Assembly: GCF_009914755.1 (NCBI RefSeq)
Contig: NC_060934.1
Source of the DNA: the human T2T-CHM13v2.0 reference genome, Homo sapiens
DNA: 64,000 nt
Strand: one strand, 5' to 3'
A model generated the notes under the pieces. The model searched no databases and was not told the origin of the DNA. It worked only from the letters and a program-made list of their open reading frames with translations. Below, piece after piece: positions 1 to 15,037 of this stretch. The translations under genes were made by a program, and so were the position numbers. Within the stretch, counting starts at the first letter, position 1. Every line of letters begins with the position of its first letter.

Positions 1-794
1 ACACCATGTATATAGATTACCAACCACACACACCAACAGCATAACCTATTTTCTGAGGACACACAGGCTTAGGTTAAACAAATTAGAGAGGATGGCTAAG
101 AGGAAAAGGGATAGGATTGAGGATTAGGGCTAAAAGAAAAAATAAAAATAAGTCAGGATGAGGGTTTGCAATGGTGAGAATACGCAATAAATTGAAAAAT
201 AGGATGAATTTCCCCAGTTGGTCAGAAGAACCAACACATGATCTACATTTTTAGGTGGGAACAGTCATAATACAAGACAGGTGCGAAGCATCCTTCCAGT
301 CTGTGTTTGCATGCTTTTACTACAAACATATGTAACCATACATTACACACTATTGTTTTGTGAATAATTTTTAATTTACATAAATGGATCGATATTTCCA
401 TAAATAATATTTACATAAATGGTATCAGAGATAATATTCTACTTCTTGTTTTTTCATTCAATACTGTTTTGGAGATCTTTTCATGTTGACACTTACAGAT
501 CTTATTCATATTAACTGTACAGAATTCCATCAGTGAATATCCTATACCTTATTTATCCAACCATTGGCATTTGTACTGTTCCAAGTGGTAGCCATTAGGG
601 CTGTTCACTGAATATACCAATTCTTTTCCTTCCCAGGCACATGGTAGAATTGTGCTTCCTCAACAACCTGAAGGTATGTGTGGCCAGGTGACCTCTTTGG
701 CCAAGGGATGTGTTATTTTTGGACAGAAGCATTTTTTTTAAATTGAGGCATAACTCATATACTATTAAGGTCACCATTTTAACGTGTACAATTT

Positions 795-917
795 GGCTGG
801 GCAGGGTGGCTCAATAATCCCAGCATTTTGGAAGGCCAGTGTGGGAGGATTGCTTGAGCCCAGGAATTCAAGACCAGCCTGGGCAACATCATAAGACTCA
901 GTCTCTACAAAAATAAA
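795..917 (+). mobile_element. Alu left monomer (FLAM/AluJ type) inside an old antisense L1M fragment (~730-1270)
   Basis: ggctgggcagggtggctca...gattgcttgagcccaggaattcaagaccagcctgggcaac; near-direct flanks aacgtgtacaatt / aagtgtgcaatt. Confidence 0.8.
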
Positions 918-1721
918 TTTAATTAATTAACTAATTAAAGTGTGCAATTCAGTGTTTTTTTAGTATATTCACAGAATTATGCAACTAATACATCACCACT
1001 ATCTAATTCCAGAACATTTTCAACACCCCAAAAAGAAACCTCATGGCAGTTAGTAGTTATTCTCCATTCCTCAATACTTCCAGCTCCCGGAAACAACTAA
1101 CCAACTTTCTGTTTCTATGCATTTAACTGTTCTGGGCATTTCATATGAATATAATCATACAACCTGTGGCCTTTTGTGTCTGACTTCTTTCACTTAGCAT
1201 AATGTTTTCAAAGTTCATCCAGGTTGCAGGATGAATCAGCACTTCATTCCATTTTTATGGCAGAATTATATTTCATGGACAGAAGCATTTAATTGCCACT
1301 GCCGGACACTGCTACACTCTCTCCCCATGCCCCAGGGACCATGGAAGCACTCTAGGCCTTTGCAAGTCTCAGTTTTCAAGTGCCTACAACGAGCAGCAGC
1401 CCCTAATGACTCCAATGGACAGGCAGTATGAGCAAGAAATAGAATTTGGGGGCTGTTTGTTCCTGTAACTTAACCTATCCCATTCTGACTGATAAACCAA
1501 TTTGTCTGTCTTACAAATACATAGCAATAAAAATCATTGCACGTGTCTTCTCATGTGCACTTGGGAGATAGTCTCTACACCCTAGAATCTAAGGTATACA
1601 CTTAGAAGTAGAACCTAAAAAGAAAAAAAAAAAAAAAGAAAAGAAAACAAGGTTCAACCAGCTGATCTGGAGGAAATAATAAATTTCTATCTACTCTCTA
1701 AATAATATCTAAAATACTACA

Positions 1722-2159
1722 CACTATTCACAATAGCAAAGACTTGGAACCAACCCAAATGTCCATCAATGATAGACTGGATTAAGAAGATGTGGCACAT
1801 ATACACCATGGAATACTATGCAGCCATAAAAAAGGATGAGTTCATGTCCTTTGTAGGGACATGGATGAAGCTAGAAACCATCATTCTCAGCAAACTATCG
1901 CAAGGACAAAAAACCAAACATCGCATGTTCTTACTCATAGGTGGGAATTGAACAATGAGAACACTTGGACACAGGAAGGGGAACATCACACACACACTGG
2001 GGCAGGGTGGGGGAGGGAAAGCATTAGGAGATATACCTAATGTAAATGACGAGTTAATGGGTGCAGCACACCAACATGGTACATGTATACATGTGTAACA
2101 AACCTGCACATTGTGCACATGTACCCTAGAACTTCAAGTATAATAAAAAGAAAAAAAAA
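1722..2159 (+). mobile_element. 5'-truncated L1PA (L1PA4/5-like) 3' end with poly(A) tail
   Basis: End of ORF2 (DWIKKMWHIYTMEYYAAIKKDEFMSFVGTWMKLETIILSKLSQ...GGN) followed by the canonical L1PA 3'UTR and an A tail. Confidence 0.95.
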
Positions 2160-5100
2160 TAGAAGTAGAACCACCAGGTCACATGATAAGCACACCTTCA
2201 AATTACTAGATATTGCCACATTGTTTTCCAAAGTGGTTACACCACTTAAAATTCTACGTAAGTGTTCCCACTTCCCCATATTCTCACCAACACTTAGCAT
2301 TATTAGGCTTTTCATCCTGTACTTTCTAACAGAGAATCACAAACTCTCTTGAACAAAATTGCTAACTATGGCACTCAAGGGTATAGAATATTCTAAATAT
2401 CTGGTGGTTAACCAGGAAGCCCTTTATGTTACGTCTTTTCCATCTAAGCATTATTTTAGCCTGCTGCCCAGCCATAAGTGGGAAAAAATGCAAAATAATA
2501 CAATGTCCATGAAGTGATTCCATAGGTATGAGGGATCCACAATGGTCTTCACTGTAAACATCACTTCTCATTTGATGGATTTAGATACAGATGGTATAGG
2601 ACAACAGATTAAATGTGAACTGACCCATCTGACATAAATCCTAACCTGTCTTATTTATTAATGTCACTTCAATAATTTATCCTACAAAAATAGTAGCTCA
2701 AGTTCCCAAAGACATATATATATACATTTATATCTATATATTTATATTTATATATGGATGTTTAGAGCAGCATTGTTTGAAGTGGCGAAAAAGTTAGAGA
2801 CAGTCTAAATGTTCATTAACAGAGGAATCTTTTTTTAAAAGTTATAATTCCTTATTATCTACCCGAACTTTCTTGAAAGTGAGATGATAAATTTCCACAT
2901 GGCTTGAGATTGTTTCAGCTGGGATTTTGTTGCTTGCAACTGAACGCCTCCTAACGATTCACTGGTTTTGCACTGGATCTCCTTTGCTAGAGGAAAAGAA
3001 ATGCAGCCTGACTCTTGTGTGTGGAACACTTGGCCACTTCCCTATTAGCTGCCCCCAAGAGAGAAGTCCTATGACCCTGTGTTTTGAGGGAGGACAGCGT
3101 GACCAGGAACCCAGCAACTTTCACCAGAACTTGGTAAGAGGGCTGGGGAGTTAGTCAACATTAAAAACAAATAAAGATGCTTTTTTGTCTGTCTCTCCCC
3201 TCCCCCTCCCGGAAAGAGAGTCCCTGGGGAACAGATCAGTAAAGGCTCTGCCCAGTTTCCACCCCTCCCCCACGTCTCTAACCAGGCCAGAGGAAGCAAT
3301 GGGAATAAACTGCAGGAGAGTTCAACACTTCCTGAAAGACCCAGCTCTGGCCAGCTTTAAGGTGCTGGGGCAGGGGAGAAAATCCACACACTCTGCAAGG
3401 TGGCAAGAGGAAATGCTCTCATGGAACCTGAACTCAGGAGCAGAGGCCAGCCCTGCAAGGGCCATGGGGAGTGGCTGTGTCCAGGACCCCTCGGCCACCA
3501 CATGGAAGGAATCCAGCTCACCCTACGAGCCAATGAAGGGGCTGATGGTAGATGAAAATGTTATGCTGGTGAAAGAAGCCAGTCACAAGAGACCAGGTAG
3601 TGTATGACTCCATTATATGAAATGTCCAGAACAAGCCAGTCCACAGGGACAGAAAGCAGGTTCATAGCTGCCTAGGGTGGTGGTCACAGGTGATGGCTAA
3701 AGGGTACAGGGTTTCTTTGGTGGACATGAAAATGTTCTGAAATTGACTGTGGTGGCTGTGCAACTCTGAATATACTAAAAACTCTGGAATCATACTCTTT
3801 AAGTGAATTGGTCCTATGGTATGGGAATTATATCTCAATAAAGCTGTTCCAAAAAGGGAGGGAGCCAACTGCTTCGGCATGGGCCACCACTCAGGGAGCA
3901 CAGTGGGGATGCCAAGCACCTGCTGTCTCTGGTATTTTTACCATTAACATTGCTTTTATGCCAGCCACCAACTCTAGGAGTTGGTGCTACTTTATCATCC
4001 TCATTTTAAAGATGAAGAAACTGAGGCCCAGGCAGATTAAGTAATTTGCCCAAAGTCACATGGCCGGTGGTGAACTCCAACTCTCTCAAGCAGCCCTGCG
4101 GCCTGTAACCACTATGTGGGCCGCTACAACCTAATCTAAGTCAGTAGACAGCTGAACCAACATGCAAGTTAATGCTGTAGTAGGTTCACACTTATCTTAA
4201 TAGTTCTGGGCCTGGGAATTTATTGCAGGATAATTTTTCAACATTTGTGCTGCTCAGGCTGCCTTGAATGAGTCTGCCTGCCTCCCAGACTTGGCTGATG
4301 TTGGAGCACACAGGTGGGGCAGAGGTGGCCCTTTAAGGTTCTTGGGGACACTGGCAGAAGCTGTCTGCTTTCAAGCAGTTGTTTGGAGTCACAAGCTGGC
4401 TAGGTACCAGGAAGCCCTCTCCCAGCAGCTCTGGAAACCAAAGGGTACGAAAGGCCCAGGCTGGGAGTAAATCCCAAATGCCCCATGCAGACTTGCATCT
4501 GGGATTGCAGCTTCCGTGGGATTTCCCACTGCTCTGACGTGAGCTCGCAGGGGTGGGAGCAGCCAGGCAACTCGGGTGGCCCCATTGCCTCTGTCTGCCA
4601 AGAACTCACAATGACGAAATGTCCACCCGCGATCCCTTCCAGGAATCCAGACTGGGAAGGTCTGTTTCTCTGCCATTCCCTTATTCGAAGTGAAATCGCT
4701 TAGCAGACAACGATGGATCTGCATTGCCCCATCCTCACACACCTGGATATGGAATCTCCACACGGTGGAGAAATCAGACCATGTAAACAAACAGGTTGAC
4801 AGATGCTCACAGGGTATGAAAACTAGACATAAAGTTCTTTACCCAGCTAGAATTTTCTACAGTCTCTTCTCCTGGAGGCCCAGGGGGGTGAACTCAAGGA
4901 CGTCCTGGTCTTTTGGCCGCCCCCGCAACCCCTCACCAAGTCTTCGCTGATTTTCCAGTCTCCCGTGCAGCTCTACCCTCCTCTGGGTCACAACAACTTT
5001 TCCCTGAAGCAGGTCCTCACAGCACACCTGCACCACTCTATAGTTCATGCAGCCAGGCCTCAGAGCCTTCTGCTCCCTATACTTCCTCCTTGGCCTTCAC

Positions 5101-5554
5101 TGAAGCCAGAAATCACGTTTCTAGAGCAAGTGCCCCAAGTGGAGAGGGAGGCCCCTTTCAGCATGAGCAAAGGCTTGGCTGAATCTCACCAAGCTCCCCC
5201 TTCACTGGACGAGGAACCAGCAAAGGATGGACTAAAGGCTGGTCAAATCCCAGTACCGCGTCTTCCTAGTTGTGTTACCTTGAGTGAGTGACTCAGCCTT
5301 TCTGATTCTCAGGCCCCTTATCTATAAAGGGGAGAAACACAGTCTCTTTTGAGAGCATGAAATGAGGTCTATGGGCACCTGCCTGGCACCAAAGAGGCAA
5401 TGGAGGAAAAGATCAAAGGTGGTTATTGTAAGTATATGCAAAGATCTATGAGACCCTTTTATACTAAAATCTAAGTATTCTTGGACCCCCTAGCCTGATC
5501 ACAGGGGGCTCTCAAGGATAAAAGATTGCCCCAGGAATATGCCAACAGCTTTTA

Positions 5555-5933
5555 TTACACACACACACATCCTCCAGCACACACATGCACACACACACTG
5601 CACTCACAGCTACACACAGACATGTCCATACACACACAATACATCCCCAACACACACATTCCACACTCAAACCCACACACAGACACATCCATACACACAT
5701 AACACATCCCCTAACACACACACTCCACAAACTCACACACAGACACATCCATACACACACAGCACATCCCCCAATACACACATTCCACCTTCAAACTCAT
5801 ATACAGACACATCCATACACACACAACACATCCAACACACACAGTCCACACTCAAACCCCCACACAGACATGTCCATACACATGCAACATTCCCCAACAC
5901 ACGAGTGCACACACACTCCACACTCACAGACAT

Positions 5934-5970
<37 letters not shown>
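5555..5970. repeat. CA-rich degenerate minisatellite (~60-bp unit, 5-6 copies) ending in a pure (CA)n run
   Basis: Recurring cacacagacacatccatacacac...aacacatcccc...acacacattccac...caaac; explains the His/Thr and Cys/Val ORFs here. Confidence 0.9.
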
Positions 5971-5973
<3 letters not shown>

Positions 5974-8822
5974 CTTCTTTTCTCCCTTTGTTTTCTTAAA
6001 GATGTTCTCACCATCTCTAAAAACACACTAGTGTCTCCACAATTTGAAACACCATCACAAGAAGCTTTCATGTTCATAATGTCCAATGCTCTGCCAACTA
6101 GCCCGATTTTACAGAGGGAATTTTACTACAAACAAGCAGAGCGTCTTCCTCATATATGTCACCTTGCACCTGGGCACAGGAGCCGGCAGCCCCTCTCCGT
6201 TTCCTTAGACACTTACTGATGCTGCTCCTCCCAGCCTGATGAGTGACGGATGAAGATATTAGATTTCTATTATCCCTAAGTCTCTCGTTTGTTTCCTGAG
6301 GCAAGTCTACATAAGGCCGGGTTCCCTTGTTTCCAAGGCCCGCCTATCGTGTTTGCACTGACTGAGCTCCTCCCTGGTGGGCCCCTAGAAGCTGTTGTAC
6401 TTATCAAGTATTCTTCAGCCCTCTATTCTTTTACCTACTCAGGAAATTGCCCTCTTATTATCAAGAAGACCTCATCAAACAAGTTTCTTATCTGACTCCT
6501 CTCTAACGAGAAACCCATAAACCTCCAGACAGGCACCACCGGACAGGCAGCCTGGTGTGGGGACCTGGGAGTCCCAGACAGAGGTTTTCAGTCCTAGCTC
6601 TACCACTTGCTAGCAGGAGAAGTTTGCTATCCTAGTTGGGTTCTTCCTGAAGCCGACCCTAAGACAAGGCCTTGGATCCAGGCTGATAACTCCCATTCCC
6701 CACCACTTGAGGGTGGGTTCCAGGGATGACAATTAGCCCCCTACCTTCCCCAAGTCTTTCTCAGGTGCACCCACTTGGGCAGAGCAAGCTTCCCTGGGGC
6801 CATGGCCCAGGAGGGAGTGCTCACACAGACAGGTGAGGTGGGGAGCTGTCAGTGTGCTGGATGCCACAGCTGGGGCACTGCAGGTGAACTCAGGTGAGCC
6901 CAGGGGACGTGGGGCAGGCATCAACAGTGCCCACCATATTTCCAGGAGTCACGGACCCTCTCTGAGCCTTTCCTTGTCTGTGAAATAGGCAGGAGAACTG
7001 TAGCACTTCCCAGCAGCACCCCTCAGAGAAGTTGTGGATGTGAGGAGCTCTGCAAACTAGGACACACACAGTACCTGCAGAAGACACCGTCACCTGCTGC
7101 ACCCACAGCCCTGCACAACTCAGGGCTGCTCTCGAGAGGAGAGTGCAGGAAAGAGTGGGAAAGGCCAGAGCCCACTGAGCCGCCTCTTGGGGCCCTCGCC
7201 AAGCCTCACAGCTGTTTGAACAGCCACCGTGAAGGAAAGTGACTACCGGATGCCTCATGGTGTCTCTGATTCTGCAGCCAACCAACAAGGGAGGCATGGG
7301 CATGGTTAGCTGCGGAAACTGAGCCCCCAGGGTGAAGGACTCCTCACAGAACTCAGCTAGGAAATCCCCTGCTGGCCTGAATCTTTACACTCGCCCTTCC
7401 TCTAGAACATGCCACAGGTTCCATCCAAGACACCTCTGTCACAAACACCATGTGGCCCTCTCAAGGGCTCTAAATATATACCTGTCAGGCCCCAGGGGCT
7501 CTGGGCTGATGGGAAGCAGACTCACCTGCGGTGTGGGTGCAAATCATGGCAGCAACATGGAGCACTAACTCTGCACCAGGCACCTTAGCAGGGCTTTTGC
7601 CATCATCGGCATTTAATCCTCCTAACGACCCTATGGGGAAGGTACTATTATCCTCATATTAACGGAAGAGGAAATCCAAGCACTGAGGGGGTAAGTGACT
7701 CACCCAAGGCCACACAGCAATAAATGGCACAGCTGAAATTTGAACTCAGGCAGTCTGGTTTCAGAACCCCCTCTCTGAACTACTTTGCTGCTTTCCTCTC
7801 TAAGGTTCAGACCATTCTCTTCACTAATGTGTCAGAAGGCAGCACCCCAAATGTTGGGAATGGAGCTACCATTGCCCTCTCTCCTTGGACAAGGACTGCC
7901 AAAGGCCAGGGAGGCAAAACAGCACAGGCAGCCACCTCTCCTACAGGACCAGGCTCCTGGGGAGACCGTGTAACAGCTCGGTCCTAAGTGGGGGATCTTT
8001 ACCAGGCATCGGTGTGCCCACGGCGGCATCTGGCACTGTGGCCCAACACAATCAGGGCCAATGACTTTTTTTTCTTTTTGAGAATAAAGATTTTTCCATT
8101 TGGATGTTCTAATGGGGGTTCCCAGTACAATCTTTCCAAAATGGAGAGAAAAAGCAAGGAAAAGCCAAAGACAGCAAGAGTTTCCCAGAGCACAGAGCCA
8201 GGAAGAGGCCAAAATGAGCTGGCCCCAGCTGCCAGCCCACAGGGAGGGTGTCCAGAACATCAACATACATACAGACCTAGAAGAACGTCTTGGGGCGTGC
8301 ACATCAGCACAGATAAATGGTCAACCCCGCGTGGGATCTGCTCACCAGCTCTGAAGGCGGCCCTTGGCTGTGGACATAATCTTCTTTCCATTTCTTACAT
8401 TACATCAGCAGAACCACTAGCAAGTAGAATAGAAATCCCAACTCTCTTTTTTCATGCCTCCAGCCTCCTTCATCACTAGTTCCACCAACACCCCTACACC
8501 CTGAAGTGGAAGTTCTAATCACAGGTTCGACACGAGGCCAAGCAAATTAGCTCGGTAGTACAGACCCAAAAGTCAGGTCAGGAGAACAGCAATTGTGTCA
8601 GCTCTGAACATGCACATGCGAAGGATTCTTTCAGGGGATGCTCCGCCTTCTCTGACGGAGAGCATATGCTATTCCAGTCACTGAGCTCTTGCTCTGTGCC
8701 TGGCAGTGTTTTGAGTGTTTTCTGTTTTACGTTAATTAACCCGTGCCATCCTCATCACCAGCCTGAGAGATGCTTTTATTATCAACGTTTTACAGATGAG
8801 AAAACCGAGGTGCAGAAAGCTG

Positions 8823-8918
8823 CAGCCCCTCCCCCAAGGCCACACAGCCCCTCCCCCAAGCCCACACAGCCCCACCCCCAAGGCCACGCAGCCCCTCCCC
8901 AGAGGCCACGCAGCCCCT
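8823..8918. repeat. 22-bp tandem repeat, 4.4 copies, inside a MIR
   Basis: Unit cagcccctcccccaaggccaca at 8823, 8845, 8867, 8889 and a partial copy at 8911. Confidence 0.9.
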
Positions 8919-11107
8919 GAGTGGCAAGGCTGGGATTCCCGTCAGGCAGTCGGCCTCCCACTGGCTGCCTCAACATAATCTCCACAACATCCCATGATAC
9001 AGATACTAACAGCTGCCCTTACAGAGAAGGAAATTGAGGCTCAGCATTAAACTACCTCCCCAAAGTCACCAACTAAGCAGCCGAACCAGGGGGCAAATGG
9101 ATGTCAGATTCTGGAGTCCGAGTTTGCAACCGCCATGCACACATGCCTCACTACAGGGCCGGAGAGGACAGTGCCAGTGGGCAGCCACCAGGCCTGGGAG
9201 AGGGCATGTTAGGGCACACCAGCTGGTCAGCAGGGCAGGCTCCGTAGGGCAAAGGTAAAGGGCTCCCAACGCCCAGGGCCATCAAATCAAAAAGGGCAAG
9301 GCCAGGCAAGAGCCCAGCGCTGCTGACAGACTGGCAGAGGCAGAAATGATGGCGCCAACAACAGCTGCTGTTTATTTTGGGGCCAGGGAAGAGAGGAAGG
9401 ACTGGTTAGGACCCATCTCATTCCAACAATAAACTGAACAGGGCAGGGCGGGGAGGTTGCCCCGCTTCCAGCTAAAGCAACAGCCTGGCCACCTGTTGGG
9501 TTTCACTGAGTGGAATGGTCTAGGTGTCAAAAACATCTTGCCAGACACCCTAATCTAGCTTCCACCAATAAACACATCGCCACCCCGGCCCAGCCCCCTC
9601 CCCAGACCCATGTGCTGCACTTGTAAATGGCCCAGGAAGGCGGCCACATACACCAAGCCCACCCCCTGCAGTGTCAGGTTCCAGAAACAAATGGTTTTTC
9701 CTGTCTGGGAGAAGAAAGAGAAACTGCTCATACTGGCCACCCGTGGCTTTTGTTCCCTCACCCTGACACTTGTTAACACCTAATGACAAGTGTCCTGAAC
9801 GTAAGGTCTACAGACAGCCACCCTGGGCTGCAGCAAGGCTGGCTGGCGGGATTCCCGGAAGGCCAGGAAACAAGAGGTTTCGCGAAGGACTCTGGAGTCC
9901 CGCTGCCTGGCTCTGAACCCGGCTCTGCCCCTTCCTAGCTTGTGACCATTGGTAAATGCATCTCATGCATCTCTCTCTGCCTCTGTTCTCTCTGAGTAAT
10001 GGAAGGACCATAATAGTGCTTTTCTCATAGTCTGTTGCAAGGATTAAATGAGTGATGTGCTTAGTGGCGGGCACATCGTTCATGCTGCTGTTGTTACGGT
10101 TGTTATTGTTATGTAGCCTTAGGGTTTCCTTCTCACTGTGAACAATGGAAGACAGTTTCCCTGGATGTTACACACAGCATTTAGGCTCCCAGGTTAGCCT
10201 ATGCTGTAGGTGAACTAGAGATATCTGGTTGTCAGGGATACAAATCTCCTCTGAGGATGAGAAAAGTTTTGGTGGGCTGACTTGAGAATCTTAACACCAT
10301 TTACGATACAATACTGATAGGAACATGTGTTTTGAGTTTCTAACAACTAACTTCAGCAACTGTAAGTTAGAAGCTTCAGTAAAAATAGGAGTATGAGGTC
10401 GGAGGGGAAGGGGCTTTAGTAGAATGAAGCCTTTGTCCAGGGATTTATCACACTGATCCAGGACGCACCATGATCCAGACCCTCTGCTAGCATGAGGAGG
10501 GGGCGTTAAAGATGAAAGGATGTGGTCGCTGCTTTTGCAGGAATTCACGCCCCTACCTGCCTCCTGGCTCCCAGCTGGAGCACTGCTTTCAACACAGCAC
10601 CTTGCACACAGTAGGCACAAAAATAATGTTCAGCCAGTGAAGCTTCCTGGTGTGTACCCTGCCTTTGGGGCCCTGGAGTTCCTACCCATGACGCTGCTGA
10701 TGGAGACTGTGTTTCCTCAGGAGGTCTCTTTTAAAGGGGGTCAGGGTCAAACCCCAAGCAGTCCTTGAAGCCACCTCTCTGGCAGTGTTTTGGCCAGTTT
10801 CAGTCTCCATTAGGTCATCATGAGGCCTCACTGCTGAGCAGAGCATGCTGTGCAGGGTGGGGAGGGATACAAGGCTCGACGTGACCCTTTTCCCTATCTG
10901 ACCCCATGACCTGCTGCTCTCCCCTCTCTCACTCCACTCAGGCCACACCAGCCACCTCGGGACCTTGGCACCTGTTGTTCCCTCTCCCTCAACCACTTTC
11001 CCCCAGATAGCCACAGGGCTCACTTCCTCACCTCCCTCAAGTCTTACTCAAAAGCCACCTCTACAGTGGGGCTGTCCTTGGCCACCCTCTATAAAATAGC
11101 ACAGCAA

Positions 11108-11458
<351 letters not shown>

Positions 11459-11519
11459 TTAGTTTTCCCTACGCCATTCAACCCCCCATCTCATACACTA
11501 TGTTTTTGACCTAGTTTGT

Positions 11520-12005
11520 TATTTTATTGTATTCTTATTTTTAAATGATATATAATAGTTATACATATTTTGGGGCTACCTGTGATAATTTGATACCTGT
11601 ATACAATGTGTAATAATCAAATCGGGGTCATGGGGATATCCATCACCTCAAACACTTATCTTGTATTTGTACTGGGAACATTCCAGTTCTTCTAGTTACT
11701 GTAAAATATGCAATAAATTATTGTTAACTACAATTTCCTTACTGTACTATCAAATACTAAAACGTATTATTTCTACCCAACTGTATTTTTGTATTCATTA
11801 ATCAACCTCTCTTTATTCCTCCCACCTGGCCTCTGGTAGCCGCCATTCTACTCTTCACTACCTCTGTGAGATCTACTCTTTTTAGCTCTCACCTATGAGT
11901 GAGGACAGCAATATTCGTCTTTCCCTCTTTCCGCACCTGGCTTATTTCACTTAACATAATGACCTCCAGTTCCATCCATGTTGCTGCAAATGACAGGGTG
12001 TCATT
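11520..12005 (-). mobile_element. L1MA 3' fragment
   Basis: Antisense L1MA 3'UTR/ORF2 end (tggcttatttcacttaacataatgacctccagttccatccatgttgctgcaaatgacagg). Confidence 0.8.
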
Positions 12006-14137
12006 TGTTTGTTTATTGTTTCCTTTCCCACACCAGAATGTAAGCTCTAAACGGGCAGGGATTTTTATCTGCCCTGCTGTGTTCCCAGCGCTTGACACAT
12101 AGTAAACATTCAAATATTGACTGAATGAAACAATGAATGAATGAATATGAGTAAGTATCAGCTTGCCAAAGGCTGAACAATCCAAGGTCATTCTTGGTAA
12201 GTGTTAAATGAGAGGTAAAACAGTTAACATTATAAAAATTCGTAGACTGGAAATGTCATTTTAAGATGAGAGGTCAGGGAAGCTTCCAGGAGATGGCAGA
12301 AACTGAGCAAAATCAAGAAGGATGATAACGCTGGTGATAGCAATAGTGCCGTTTATGGAACAGTTATCATATGAGTAACAACCATATGGGTTAGGTAGTA
12401 GTATTATTATACCCATTTTACTTAGGAAACTGAGGCCCAGGAGGTGAAGAAACTTGGCCAAGTGAAACAAGCTAATGAGTGGCAGGGCTGTGATTCATAG
12501 CCAGCTTCAGAGCCACAGCCCATGACAGCAGCTGCCGATGCTCTGCCCCTATCCTCTTGCCCTCAACTTCCAACTGCTGGCACCCAAGTCCCTCTCTTAG
12601 TGCTTACTCTGGTTTCCAGAGCCTGGTTTTGCCTAAGCAAGCATGGGGCTGAAAATACCAGGAACTTAAACTCCTCCATGCTCCCTACCACAGTGCCGTG
12701 CTATCCACCATCCCCAAGAGGAGGATGTGGAGACTGGCAGCTGAACCCTCTGAAGGGCCAGGCCTTCAAAAGTGGCCCTGGGCAAGAGTTCAAGGGGAAT
12801 ACAAATTTGAACCTGCAAATAGAGGCCAGACGTTGGCACAGATCTGTTCCTATAGCAAGCTTGTTATCATATCCTAACATCCGCTCCAACCACATCATGT
12901 TTTCAGGGAGGGGCTCAGAGGGAGGGTCACATGGGCAGGTGACCTGGGGTTTAATTCAGCCCTTTGGGGTTTTATCCAGGACCTATGTGACGAGCTCCCT
13001 AGCTCCCCATCCCCTAGGGAAGCTGTCAGATAAAGCCGTCGGGCTTTGTTCCTGAAGAGATCTGGGATGCAACCCTGGCTCCCACTGTTGCTGCCAGTGA
13101 TGGGGCAAGATGCTGCACCTCCCTGAGCCTCAGTTTCCTCCCCTATAAAACACAGATGATGACCAGGGTTTGCTGTGGGGATTAAATGAGACAAGTGCCT
13201 GCATCTAAAATGGACTCCACCCATACATTCTCTAACCTGACATCCCCACTTCCCCTGCCTGGGAGCTGCCACGTTCAGAAATAACAAAAAACATGAGGCT
13301 GCTTGCTTCAAGTTGCCAATGAGTGATGACTAAAGTCAGTAATTAATCCCAGCTTGAGACCAAAGTGCAGACATTGTTCTATTACGGACCTTAACTCTGC
13401 AAGAGAAGCATCAGTTTGCCAGCCCACTGAGGCTCTGACCAGCAGAAATCCCTGGGCTGCCACCTCTGGGAATCTCACACTCATCAAGAAGTGATTCTAT
13501 CCCTTCTGGGTGCCAGGCACTGCGCTGAGGGCTCAACTAATCTGTTCCAGCCCAGGAGGCAGAATTCAGGACAGAGTTTCACCCTCTCGGAGCTCCACTG
13601 CCAGCCCCATGCCAGGCCGGCCAGGCCTCCTCCTCTGTTGTTACAGAGAGAAATTCTCCCACACAGGCAAGTCCCTTAAAATAGCCTTTTGGGTCTGGGC
13701 CATCAGGAAATGGGATAACGCTGGGTCAGAATTGGGCCTATCATGAAAGAGTTTACAAAGCAGTCACTTCAAAGGACAGGGACAATCCCTATATGCTCTG
13801 AACACTTAGATGGGCAAAAGCAACCAGGGCAAGTTCCCCACGAGGAGCACCTTCTCACAGAAGCCCCTGTAGCCCTGGGTGCCCTGAAAAGGGACCAAGT
13901 GTGTAAGACACAGTGATGGTGTAGAACCAGGCGCAGGCTGGGGAAGGGGAGGGAGGTCACATCTGCCTGGGTTTGTGCTTTCTTAACAATGCTACCTGCA
14001 CTCTCCAAACCTCAGGTTCCATATGAGTCAAATGGGGTTAAAAATGCATACCTTCATGGCCACCCTGGGGCCAGAGGTTATAAATCAAAGGCCATGCAAT
14101 GCCTGGCACAAAATGGGAATTCAATATGTGGTAGCTG

Positions 14138-15037
<900 letters not shown>

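Noticed and set aside
1769-1951. 60-aa ORF with strong protein similarity
   Set aside because: C-terminal end of L1 ORF2 in a truncated element, not a gene.
5512-6219. His/Thr-rich and Cys/Val-rich ORFs
   Set aside because: Translations of the CA/TG repeat.
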